Assembly (NCBI GenBank): GCA_050273025.1
Contig: CP158636.1
Span: forward strand, 10,106,001-10,170,000
Origin: Cenococcum geophilum
Taxonomy: Eukaryota
Direction: 5' to 3'
Length of the DNA stretch: 64,000 bases
Shown here piece after piece: positions 51,250 through 63,479 of this stretch. The notes below the pieces were generated by a model. The model did no database searches. It was not told the origin of the DNA and saw only the letters and a list, made by a program, of their open reading frames with translations. The position numbers were made by a program, and so were the translations under genes. Each line of letters starts with the position of its first letter. The first letter of the stretch is position 1.

Positions 51250-53220
51250 ATGCTAAAAGCGATAGAGGTAAAAAGGGATAAAATGGGTATAAAAGAGGTA
51301 TTACTATACTATACTAATAGATCTCTATTTTTATAGTTAAACTTAAAATCGCCTAAACCCTAGGTATGGCCGCGTGATCTTATAATACGGACTATAAAAG
51401 ATCTTAGATTCCCTACCAAAATGGGCGTATTAGATATTGTACTTATTGGTCTTATCCTACTATTCCCTTTTACCGTTACTAAGTAAATAAGGGAAGAATT
51501 GCTTAATAAAAGGGTTATAAAGGCCTGTCTTATTAAAGGTTAAATTACTTAAAAAGAAATAATAGGCGCGGTTCTAAGGCAATCTCTAAGACTTATTCCA
51601 GATGGGAGGTTTATACTAATATTAAGATTATAATTATATAAAATACACTAGCGACGCCTAGAAGGATGGGAGGGTAAAATGATGTATTTCTGCCTAGGTC
51701 GGGATCGAGCTAAAGCTGGGGATAGATACCGATATCTCTTATATATATATAACCGGACTAAATATTCCTAAACTATAGTATAAAAAAAATTATACGTTTA
51801 TATGTATTATTATGTTAAGCGATAAGAAAATAAAGGGAGGGAAGATATTTCTAAGGGGTCCGTCCGGAGATATTGTAGAAATACCTCCCTTATAAATAGT
51901 AAGACTCCTAATATCCTTAACGTAAAACTTATGCTTAGCGTTATATACTAGGGCTAGGGCATTATATTCTAAAGATCGCTTATTTAGTATAAGGTAATGC
52001 CTTTCTAAGGCTAGTAAGAGCGAATTATTGTGATAACTGCGTTTTGACCTCGCTCGCACTATCTACTTAACGAAATGGTTCTCTTACCTAGAACTATCTT
52101 AGATATAAAGAGATATCGTTTAGAGGTCGGTTAACACCAATTGAAGATAATTTCTAAGATGCTAGAAGAGCTATATAAAGAAAATATAGAAGAGCTCTTA
52201 GAGCTTATTCGGTGTACTCGCACTAATATAACTAATAAGGACTTCTTAAACGTATCTAAATTAATTAGTGCGGTAAAAGGCGGTCTTAAGGAAGAACTAG
52301 ACCTTTTTTAAAATAAATATAATCCACTACGGACTCTAACTTTCTTTGCTATAATAGAATAGATTCTTAAGCTTATAAGGGAAATGCCAGACTATATAGG
52401 TATTTAAAAACCACGTATCGCTAAAGTGGAAGAAATTGACCGGATTACTATGGTGATAATGTTAGGTTTTAGACTATCTCTAGTTAACTAGTACTAAAGA
52501 CCATAGTATGAAAAATACTTAGGAGATACCTTCGTTAACTACAAGCTTTAGCTTATTAGATTACTCCAAAACCCTAAAAATAGGGTCATCGTTTTAAAGG
52601 ATTCGTATCATCTAAATAAGTCTAGCTGGATTCCCGCCACCTTCCCTAAAAACCTTTTATAAGAAAAGCGTGGAAACAAGGTCATTATTAGTGTGATTAT
52701 TAGCATAGGCTTTCAGCCGAAGGAGGTGCCTAAGGATAATGGTTTATATTTACGATTATATAATATAAACCGCGCTAATACTAAATTTAGGCTGTCTAGA
52801 GTATCTTAGTAACACTCTTTATATATAAGGCTAAGACAAGAACCTAAGCGCGGTAGAGTCGTATAATAAGTAGATAGAGCCCTAAAAATTTAGGTATAAA
52901 GCCTAAAGCGTAAATATTAAACCCTTACTAACAATATTAGGCGCTCTAAGGAATGCGAGGTAAAACTTAATACCTTTACTATATACCCAGCGTACTAGGG
53001 TCTAAGGTATGGAAAATTGCTAGCGATGAAATTTATATCTAAGGCAAATTCTATAGAAGATGTAAAAAAGGGGATATATATAACCGCAACGCCGTCAAGC
53101 GAAAATATTTTAAAAAATATTAGTTTTGTATTTAAGCATCACTAGGTAGATACTAGGGATAAACCCTTATTTACTCTTAGTTCTGGCGTATACGCGCCTA
53201 AGAAGGGCGGGAGGTTATAA
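51250..53220 (+). pseudogene. Relic 2OG-Fe(II) oxygenase-like domain followed in frame by a GNAT acetyltransferase domain
   Basis: Oxygenase part: SDA*KDGRVK*CISA*VGIEL..DTDISYI, *YKKNYTFICIIMLSDKKIKGGKIFLRGPSGDIV, G*GIIF*RSLI*YKVMPF*G**ERIIVITAF*PR. GNAT part: RIAKVEEIDRITMVIMLGFRLSLVN*Y*RP*YEKYLGDT and LNTFTIYPAY*GLRYGKLL...IYITATPSSENILKNISF. Confidence 0.75.
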
Positions 53221-54676
53221 GAAATACTATTTACTTAGATGTTTATTAACTTATAGCTACGAGGCGCGTATAAGCTATATACTGTGTATGTAATCCTAAA
53301 AACCCCTTCTACTCCCTTATACTAAAACGCCCCCTTTCCTTAAGAATTCGTCTCCTAGTTTCTTGTAACCTACTAATATATCCTATTATTCTATTAATTG
53401 GTCTCCCTATCTACCTTATACCTTATATTAATAAATATTATTTAAAGTAATATTATATAATACTATATACTATATATTAACGAGATAATTTAGAATAAGA
53501 GCTCTATCTTTTAAAATAAGGCTTTAAAGCCTCTAATAAAACTCTAAAACGCGTTACCCTTTTATATACGCCTACTGCTATCTAATATCGGCTCGCTAAA
53601 TCTAAGTAAGATAGAGTTTTAACTCTAATAAATATAGTAGGGATAAATGCAGATATAAGACGCAGCGGTTAGATTAAGATATAGAGAAAGAAAGCGGTAA
53701 ATAAGCACGGCATAAAGTGAAATGGGGCGAATACTTATAGCAACCTAGTAGTTTGTAGGCGATATACTATTCTAAAATCTTACCAGGCACTTTAACGCCA
53801 CCTGTAACCTATTATCTATCCCTTCCCCTTTAGAACTGGCATTGTTAGATCTATTAGATGGACTATAAATATTGTATTTATTTCCTTAACTAAATTCTTT
53901 TAGGTGCCTTATAATAGATAAAGCCCCATCTTTATAACCAGGTCATGTGGTTAACTCCGCTTAATATTAAGGGATCAGCTAAGATATTACCTAGATACCC
54001 TCTTACATTAGGGCACTATATTTTAATTTATACTTACTAGGCTATAAGCTAAGCCTTACTTTAGGTATCGTTAGTAAATATCTTTATTAGCAACATAATG
54101 CCTATTAACTAGCTTCAGCAAAAAAGTATATAAAACCCCCTTATATAATTATAGCGCGTTAGTAGACTTAATCCAAATAAAAAGTGAATTAGATGGCGAT
54201 GCAGGACTATATTAACTATATTAGTGGGGCATAGCACGCGGCTGTAATGGAGAAGTGAAGATCAGATGGCTTAACACCAAACTTATAGAACAAAAGGACT
54301 GCTATAAATAGGTGCGTTATTAGTAAGGGAATTTCCGGTTAACCCGCTTAGTTAACTAATTTACTAAAGCTAAAAGCGTATACATTATATAGCCAGACAC
54401 TAAATGGGACGTGCTAATACTTTGGCATTGCATACGCCTAAAAACCCATAGCTATATAATCAACACGCGCGTTTAATAACAAGGCCCAATTAGTTATTTT
54501 TAGAGCCCCTTAAAATCCCCAATCTTGCGTCGCGACTATTCTATATATAGCCACTACCGGTATATAGAATTTGTTAATAAAGGCCCTTAGTTACCGTTAG
54601 GGCTATATATATATATTATATACTTCTCTATTAACTAATCACTTAAAGTAATTTAAGGATTGTAAATGTTAAAACA

Positions 54677-55715
54677 ATGTTTGTTAAATTTAATAACACC
54701 ATTCTAATTATAAATATTAACCCTAAACCTAGGCCATCACTTCTTAAACGCATTCTCTCTTATCTACTCTCTTATCTATATAATAACGGGGATAGCCGCT
54801 ATTAAAAGATACGGTTTAATAGAAGTAGGTAGTTTTAGGCTAAGCTATCTATACCTACTGCTAATTAACGTTTAGTTAATAACTACGTTAATAGCATTCC
54901 AAAGGCAGCAGCAACTATATCTTTAGAGCCGCAGTTTATAATCTTTTAGCAGTTCGCACCAGAATTAATATAAGTCCTTTTATATTACTAGTATAAGGTT
55001 AGTAAGGCGAAAAAAGCACTAAATGATTATAATGGGGAGTATATAGGCGATGTTATATCCTTTTATAACGAGGAACGAAATAAACTCTTAACTACCTTAA
55101 ATAGTGCGCTTCAGGACTACGGTAAATTAACCTAAATATAAACTTATGGCTGTAAACGGTAGCTAATATATTTAGGTACGAGGGTGGCTCTTACCTAACA
55201 AATACTTAGCATCCCTAGGCCCAATAGTCGAGATATACACAGCTTTTTCAATCTCTTTTATAACGACAAAGAGGTTATAGAAGCGTTTTTTTAAATATTA
55301 TACGGCTCCTATGTCTAACCTATTTACACTCAATACTCGGCAGGATTTATAGCTTTACGCGCTATTAGGTCATTTGGCCTACCAATCTCCGTTTTTAAAG
55401 GTATTCTCACCGCATCCTTAAGCCTAAATATACTAATTAAAGTAGTGTATCTTGTTAACGGCGGAACAGATAATAAGGTCTAATAATATAATTATTAATC
55501 TAATAGACAATACTAGGATTATTTATTTAATCCGAATTATACGCTATTTATTCTTAGTTATCTTTCTATAGTTACTATATTTTACCACACTTTCTAGTGC
55601 CATTGTTCCTTTTGCCACTATATTACTCATTATTGGAGATATATCATTCCACTAAGCATTCGTTCCTATTGCAGCGTATATCTTAAGCCCTATTTTTCTC
55701 CTTTATAAACACTAA
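54677..55715 (+). pseudogene. Relic DUF6594-like membrane protein
   Basis: SIPKAAATISLEPQFIIF*QFAPELI*VLLYY*YKVSKAKKALNDY...ERNKLLTTLNSALQDY resembles the G-P-LA..M...IFRRF..L..R.LL..Q.E N-terminal block of this fungal family; hydrophobic C-terminus; relic introns. Confidence 0.6.
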
Positions 55716-58456
55716 GGTAGCATACTAACCGGAAATCTTATATAGGTTTTGCATTATATATAAGGTTATAGCTAAGAGCGGCAGTAGCCTAGTTATAATA
55801 GTTTAGACCTACCCCTATAACTAGAGCGATAAAGTACTATTAGGATAGATGGAAACAGTAACTGGGGAAAGTTTTCTACAAGGGCCCTAGATCTAATTTA
55901 AATTCGTTATTCTTAATTTAATACAGTCCCTTTATTTTTTTCTTTATAGAAAAGGAATATACTACTATTTGTTTCGCTGCAAGCTGCCCTTAGGCTATCC
56001 ACATCTTTCTTATAAAAATTTTATCCTATTAAAAATAAATAAATCGGGTTGAAAACTTTCCTGCTAGAATTATATCTATTTAACCCTAAAAACCCTTATC
56101 GCCTTATTTGTAGCAGGCTTTAAAGCTTAGCTAGTTAGGCCATAATAAAGGCATACACCCGTTAATCCAGTGGCGGGCCTTATAGTTATTGTAGAGGATA
56201 TTTGTCGCTCCGAAGCCAAGGGGCTTTACGGCGCGAGATATAGCAAGGCATCCGGCGAGGCCCTATAGCATTAGCGTCGGATTTATAGCGTCCGTAATAG
56301 GCCGTAAGGACTAACCGGCAGCTACGGGTTAGCCGTTATTAACTATAATGTTAGCGGGCATAGAATAGTAGCGGGCGAGGCGTAAGCGCTAGGTAGGTAG
56401 TAGGGGTAGCAGTAGGATATTATCTTTCCCTCCCTTTACAGATAAGAGCTAAGGGGACATTAGAAAGTAAGAAATAGTTATATTAATAAATTACTTATCT
56501 AATGTCTACTTACTAAAGTAAATTAAAGCCTAAGTTCTACGATTCTATAAGATAATAGCTGCTTCGATTGCTACTATTTGCTAGGGTTTACTATTTCTCC
56601 ACCTAGCAACCTCTAATAATGTCTAGCGAGACTTATAGTAACCTATTATTTTATATTAAGCTGTTTATATCGCTAGAGGAATATTTTATACCTAATCCTC
56701 TTTAATATGTTTCTTAAACACTAACTTAATTATATTTTTAAAGATAGACTCTATTATATTAACTCTTAGCTATAAAACTCCATTCCGTTTTTACGGGTGT
56801 ACTTTATTAGCTAAATTTAAAATGGCCTATAGGGATATACGTACTTCTAATTCTATAAGCTTCTCCTACTTACCCTCTAGTACCTTTACCCTTTACTCTA
56901 AGGCTACCCTTTCCTCCTATAGTTACCATCCTATTAGATAAGTAGAATACTTCTAAGAGGTATATATACCTTTTTAAGCGCTAACGTATCCTCTAGGCCC
57001 TCTATAAATAGAGTAGAGGTATATAAATCTGGATATTAAGTGTCGGAGGTTTAGCTAGATGCTATACCATTTCTATTAACAAAGCAGTATAAGAAGCTAT
57101 GTATATTAACTTCTCTAGCATCGGCGGTATACGTAGGCACATTACCCTCTGTAGGCGATTTTTGGAAAGCCATTCCGTAAATTAAAACGTTAGTAGAACT
57201 AATAATAGTTAGTTAAGTATAGAGCGTGCCTTATATATTTGGTAGCTACTCCTTAAGTAATTAACAGTTTAATAAAAGCTTAAAAATAGATTACCAGAGG
57301 ACAGCGGTTTAGAGTTTTTAGCGTATTTAATAGAGAAATTTTTTTTAAAGAATAAACGTCGTTTAATAGAGAATTTATATAGCTTACCCGCAAAAATTAT
57401 AAAAGTAGTCTAGAAATTCTAAGAGAAAAGTTAAGTTTCCAGGCCCCCTACTCCACAAGCTGTGCCATAATTAACGCTTACGCTTAGTTGTGGGTTAGTA
57501 AAGGTGAGATTATACTTCGGATTTCTTATCATTATAGGCTCTTCGGCTTTTTGCTCTATAAAAGCTGTGCCGCAGTATACGCGTTACTTTTGTTATACGC
57601 TAGGCCTTCTACTAAACAAGTTATAAATAAAGGATTAGTAGGGATAAAGCAGGGGACGCATATTCTATTTATACTTACTTATATAAAAGCGGAGTTATAT
57701 AATAGTTATAATCTATATAAGTAATAGTTTATACAAGTTAATGCGATTATTACTCTTATTCCCCTTGGCAAACTAGATAAATAAAGAAATTAAATACGCT
57801 TCATTTATCTAATTTCTTTAGGGAATTTAATAAGAAGCAAGACGCGGCAAAAATAGGACTAGGTAATAGTAGTACTATACTCTTTAAAGAGTTTACCTAA
57901 AGATAGTTTAATACTACTTTATAATACTTAGATGGCTTTACTAGCCTATCTATAATAGGTTATTACCTCATTCCTTAACTATGCTGTAGTATTAATCCAC
58001 GTCCGTCTAAGCTTTAAAGCTATATTTTTAGGTTGTCCTCTTCCCACTATATATTCGCGATATATATAGGTAAATCGGTATATAGCCTTAGTTTGGCATC
58101 TTATATTATTCTAGTTTTCAAAATCTCCTAAATACGTATAACACCTATAACTAATATCTTTCTTAGTTCACCGTATGCGTAATTTTCTCCGTCCTAAATA
58201 AAAATATATTACCCCCTATAAGCAGAATACTAAATAAGAATGCTAGGCAGACGGACGTGCTGGATAAATAAAGGCTTATAGGTGGATTAGGTATATAATA
58301 GGTGGATTAGGTGCGTAATAGGCGGATAAAGCTATATAGTAGATGGATAAAGGTTTATAACGGTAATAAGTAACGTAATTAGACAATTATAGCTTTTCGC
58401 CTTTTTTTGCATTATCTACTCCTCTAGCAAACTAAGTAGGTTAGTCGTCGCCAGCT

Positions 58457-59302
58457 TTAGCGGAGACAATTAAACCAGCTAATATGTCTTTTAACAGTAT
58501 TCTTATCACTACTTCTCTTATAGCACTTTATTCTATCCTTTACCTCCTTAACTAGTTTATCTAACGTCTCTACTAGCTTTCCGCCATATTCACTATATAT
58601 AACCTATATATTGCCTCTCCTATAAAAACCATCCGGGTAGTAAATTACTATTTTCCCAGTTTTTATAAATAATCCTAGCTCTATTAAACTTATTAAGGAA
58701 TCAGTTCCCAGATAAAGATATATAGCAATTACTATGGCCTTCTCCTAGCATCTAAGCCCCTATTAAACTTGCCTATAGAATTCTGGGTTACTAATATCTT
58801 GCTTAAAATTGGCATTGTAGTAATCCCGGCGCGGATTTAGAACCGTAATTAGGAGCAAGCTAAGGCGCTTCGTTACATCATTTTACTATTTAGGCGCTTT
58901 CCCCATTTCTATACTACCAGTAAGAAAAATAGATCCGCTAGTAAGAGGAGCTATATCTAGTGGTTAGTAAACAGAAAAGCCTAGGTGCATATCCTGCGTA
59001 GTAGACTTTATAGTAGTTAGGGTTATAGCCGGAGACTTAATAGTAATCTTAGTAGGACTTATAATAGTTGGGATAGTAGGCGTAGAGTCGGCGGAAAGTT
59101 TAGTAGGAGTTAAAATAACTAGGGCTATAGCTATAGATTTAGCCAAGATATTGGTTGGGGTTATAGCTAGAGACTTAGTAATAATCCTAGTAGGACTTAT
59201 AATAGTTGGGATAATAGGCGTGCAGTCGGTAAAAAGTTCGGTAAAAGTTAAAACAACTAGGGCTATAGCTATAGATTTAGCTAAGATATTAGTTAGATTT
59301 AT
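58457..59302 (-). pseudogene. Relic nucleoside 2-deoxyribosyltransferase-like protein (PF15891-type) with a repetitive T/P/S-rich N-terminus
   Basis: SIFLTGSIEMGKAPK**NDVTKRLSLLLITVLNPRRDYYNANFKQDISNPEFYRQV**GLRC*EKAIVIAIYLYLGTDSLISLIELGLFIKTGKIVIYYPDGFYRRGNI*VIY matches the FLAGSIEMG..WQ / NPRR / SPISLLELGL / CPxGFxRxGNV pattern. Confidence 0.85.
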
Positions 59303-59305
59303 AGC
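59021..59305. repeat. Two tandem 138-bp (46-codon) units
   Basis: GGTTATAGC starts at 59021 and 59159; the copies differ almost only by transitions. Confidence 0.9.
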
Positions 59306-61639
59306 GATAAACTAGAAGTGTAGGGATAGATTAACTTAGATACGGAATAAAAGCCTTGCCTATTAGTCCTATATAAAGAAAATAGTGGGTGATTTTATAT
59401 TTTCTAGGTGGGTGCTATTGTTATTTTATAGTCTTCTCCTTTATAAGAATATATACTCCTACCTTATAATAGAGGGCTTAAAGTCCTAAATTTACCTTAA
59501 AAGAGTAAGCCTTAGAATAAGGGGCCTATAAGCCCTATAGATCTCTTCTATATATTTAAAAGAGCTATACAGATCTAAATGCTGCTATAGCCCTATATAC
59601 GTGGACCTAGTATTAACCTATTTAATCCGTTATCTATCTAATCTACTTAATCCACCTAACCCACCCGATCTACGTTAACTGCCTCATCCGTGTCATTCCC
59701 ATATACCTACTAATGTCTCCCCGCACTCTGTTTTAGCCTATATTAAAAGTTCTTATAATCTAAACGTATTTCCCTACGCAATAGTCAGTCCGTATAGTAA
59801 AGGCTTGAAGTTAACAAGCTAGGGAAAATATAAGTGACGGCGTATATCCTTAGCCCCTTTAGGCGTAGCCAGCCTCGCCCTACGTAATAGCTGCCTTCCT
59901 ATATATCACCAGCGAACCTCCTTATAATTAATGTAGTTGTTATTATTTCTCGGATTGGTCTCTTTAACACTAACATCCTATTATAATATAAATTCCTGTA
60001 TCATTCTAGTAGAGTAATTGATTACTTGATAATAAAGGTATTAATTTAAACTTATATAGTAAGCTACTACAAATTTGTCGTAGTTTTTAGGAGTGCTAAA
60101 ATAGGCGAGAACGGAACGGCCGTAGAACTTACATGGGAGGGTTAGGAGATAAAGAGGTGTAGTAACCAAGCAAGGCACAAAAGGGGGTCTATTTAGTCTT
60201 TACTCGGCAGGCTAAGGCTAAATTAGGTAGGCTAAACAGAGGCCCGCTTTAATTAATCGCTAGTAGAGTTTCTAAGAGAGCGGAAAAGCTTAAGCCTTCT
60301 TAGCACCTAAATAGAGGTTATAAGTGTGAACGAATACCAGCTTTTCCTAAGACATACTAAGAAGAATAAATTTTCTAAATTTACTAATTGGTATACATAT
60401 TCTTATCGCTAATTAGCTAAATACTTTTAATATATTCGTTATAACAAGGACTTATTTATTTTATCAATATCTATTTTAGAAAGATATCGATTTATAAAAT
60501 ATTAACGCTTCTTATATTTGTTGATATGCACGCCTTACTATACTAGCCCGTTTGGTTAAGCCTAAAAGGGCAAGCGTAAGTACCACCGCTACTACGGGAC
60601 GTTATCTCGTAGGGAAAGAGGTCCGTCCCTACTCACTAATTATAAGCTTTTATAGGAAGCTCTCTAATGCTTACATAGAAAGTGGATAGTTTTTATATAA
60701 ATTGCCACCTTGACAAAGGTAAAAAACAGTAAAACTAGTTTAGGTGCGGGACTCCGACCTACAGTTCTAAAGTTTTTAGATGTTATACTTGTCTATTATT
60801 ATATAAGCGCGATATCCACGGTAAGCATAGTAGTAAGAGGAACGATAGGCTCTGCGCCTATAATACCCTTTATAAGTTATATTTAAGAGAACCTTAGGAA
60901 TTTTTAGGATAGGTTAGGGGCAGTAGATGTTAGAATTAAGCGAAAGATACTAACTAAGCTCTAGATATATTGCGAGGATAAAGTCCGCATGCAATCTATA
61001 TAGATATTAACCGCATCTACTACATTATAAATCAATCAATATTTATTGTCTGCGTTATCTCTATTATTAATTAGATCCTTAAGATAGCTCTACTATAACC
61101 CTATAACCTTATAATTCTAATAGTAGAGGAAGTCTTTAATTAATTAAGCTTGCTAACAAGCTTATAGCCTACTATAATTCGTTATCTTTTAATGTTATTA
61201 TTATAAGAGTAACCGCGTTAGGTGAAATAAAAACTATATAAAGAGTATTTTCCTTTTTTTAAAGTAGTAGACTAAAGTAACTAGTGAAATTATTTTACGT
61301 GATATATAGCATCTTACTACACTATAGGAGTATTGCCACCATTAGTGGACCATAGTCATCCCCTAGCTAATAATTCTTAGTTAGCAATTAATTATTAAGC
61401 ATATATAATAGGTAAGATATAAGTTACTACTGCCCTAACTTCCTTAATTTGAAGTTCTAATTGCCTTAATAAGATAGCTAGATAAGGAATAGCATAATAT
61501 AAAAATATCTACTATCTAAATATCCAGATCTACTGAATGCCACCTATTATACTCTATACTATTACAATCGGCCATCGTAATCTGCTCCAATTTTAGGTGG
61601 GCCAAAAAACTCCAACCAAGATTTCTTAGCTTTGCGTTG

Positions 61640-62047
61640 GTTATCTATATAACGCTCTATTATATAGCAAAGATTAATATAAAGCTTATTACAGTACTTA
61701 AGAAAATCTCCGGTTTATAAAGCATCTTAATAGTAAGCAACTTATAACTGTTAATAAATATTACTAACTTTAAGGTGGAATTATTAAGCGTACTTAAAGC
61801 AATCCCAATAGAACTGAATTTCCACCTGTAAATAGCCGTTATCTCTTATAAGTCGGACTCTATCGTCTAACGGGGAGCTACTTTTACCCGTTTATAGGCG
61901 TTAAGTAGTGGCTTTAAGCGCTATAGAGGTCCCTTCGCGAAGCCTAATCTTATAATTTAGAAGGGTAACCTCCGGAGGCTTATTAGCACGCTGTTTCACC
62001 TATAAAGCCTATTTATCCCTTCTCCCAAATCTATTAGGAGCAGACAT
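61640..62047 (-). pseudogene. Relic small coiled-coil-like protein
   Basis: ATG at 62047: MSAPNRFGRRDK*AL*VKQRANKPPEV...RVRLIRDNGYLQVEIQFYWDCFKYA**FHLKVSNIY*QL*. Confidence 0.45.
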
Positions 62048-62544
62048 AATTTGCGATTTTAAGAAGATTTAGGCCGCTACTAAACTTTTTAAATAGGTCC
62101 TAGCTAATATACTAGTAATTAAGACAACCTTAAATATTAGTAGTAAGGCTGTAACCTAATAGCCTATATAAATAGTATAGTTAAGGAGACTTTAACATTC
62201 TATAAGCCTAGTACTGTAATATATATATATATAGGATAAGTATTAGTAAGTACATTAAGTATTAATACGTTTTCGCACCTCAATAGCTCTAACGCAACCG
62301 CGGCTAGTAACTCTATTTCTAAGGAATACTAATAATAGTAGGCGCGGTCGGATTAGTACTAAACCTAATAACTCCCTACCAAATATACCTAGCAGCGATA
62401 AGCCTGCCTTAAAGGAAAGCAAAGTAAAGAAAGTAGCTTATTAGAAGTTCCTACGGCCTTTTAATCTTCCTAAAGCTTTTTAAATATTGCCCTTTAATAA
62501 ATTAAACGCGTAGCCTATAAAAGAAGAGCTATAGCGACTTGTAT

Positions 62545-63289
62545 ATAGACTAGACAACCCTAATAAACACTACCACCCCTTTTAGAAGCGAGAATTAGGG
62601 GGATAGGCTATTATATCTTACGGTAAAAGTTCAAACTATAAACTCGTTATAATAAAGAAATACGCGTTAAAACCTACCAATAGTTGCATACATCGTTTAA
62701 AAGAGTTCTCTTATGGTAATATTATAAAGCTATATAAAGTCTTTTTATATTAAGGTTCTTTATTTAGCATCTATAAGTATAATTATTTTAAAGTAACGTT
62801 ATTAGAGGTCAACTCTGTCTTTATAATACTTAAAGAGTATTATATAGTGGTGATATATTATAAAGTAAGCTAGCCGGTTATAACTGTATATATAACACTA
62901 ACTATATACAAGGTTCTTAAGGGTATATATTATTTACAGCGGGTCCTTTAAATTATCCACGGCTACTTTAATACCGATAATATTATACTCTTAGTTGCAG
63001 AAAATATTAGAATTAGTAAAACACTTAACCTATTTATAAGAGATAGGAATACTAATAGCTCTTACTAGTAAATATTGCCGAAAGTATAATAATAGAGGAA
63101 AATAAGGCGTCTATAATAGATACCTAAGATATATAAGCGTTAGGTCGCCTTATAATACAATTAATAGAGACTAATACGAGCATCTAGAATCTAGGGACGT
63201 TAGTTCTTTAACGTCTAGAAGTATAATCTCCTAAGGCGCGGAGTTTCTTAAAGAATATAGAATTTATAACTTTAGAGGAGCTTCTAAAA
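62545..63289 (+). pseudogene. Relic protein-kinase-like (probably pseudokinase) gene with introns
   Basis: KLVIIKKY...FSYGNIIKLYKVFLY*GSLFSIYKY...|VLKGIYYLQRVL*IIHGYFNTDNIILL..NIRI|.NIAES...DI*ALGRLIIQLIE...*SPKARSFL gives kinase subdomains II-XI; GTAAGC...CTAAC...AG intron at ~62865-62912. Confidence 0.75.
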
Positions 63290-63479
63290 GTAGGTTGTAT
63301 TACTTCCTAGTTTAAATACGTTGCTTATATAAATTATAGTCGCGCTTTTTAAAAAATTCAACTAGTTCCTAATGTCTTTATCCTTATATTTATACGGCGA
63401 TAATAGTAAAAGAAAGACCCTAGGGATTATACAATGAAATTAATACGATAGATTAACTATACTACTTCCTATTAATACT

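Noticed and set aside
21813..59146. Short ORF-track ORFs within the AT-rich block as functional genes
   Set aside because: They are I/L/Y/K-rich chance ORFs or stop-free fragments of RIP-killed genes, several antisense to the true relic.
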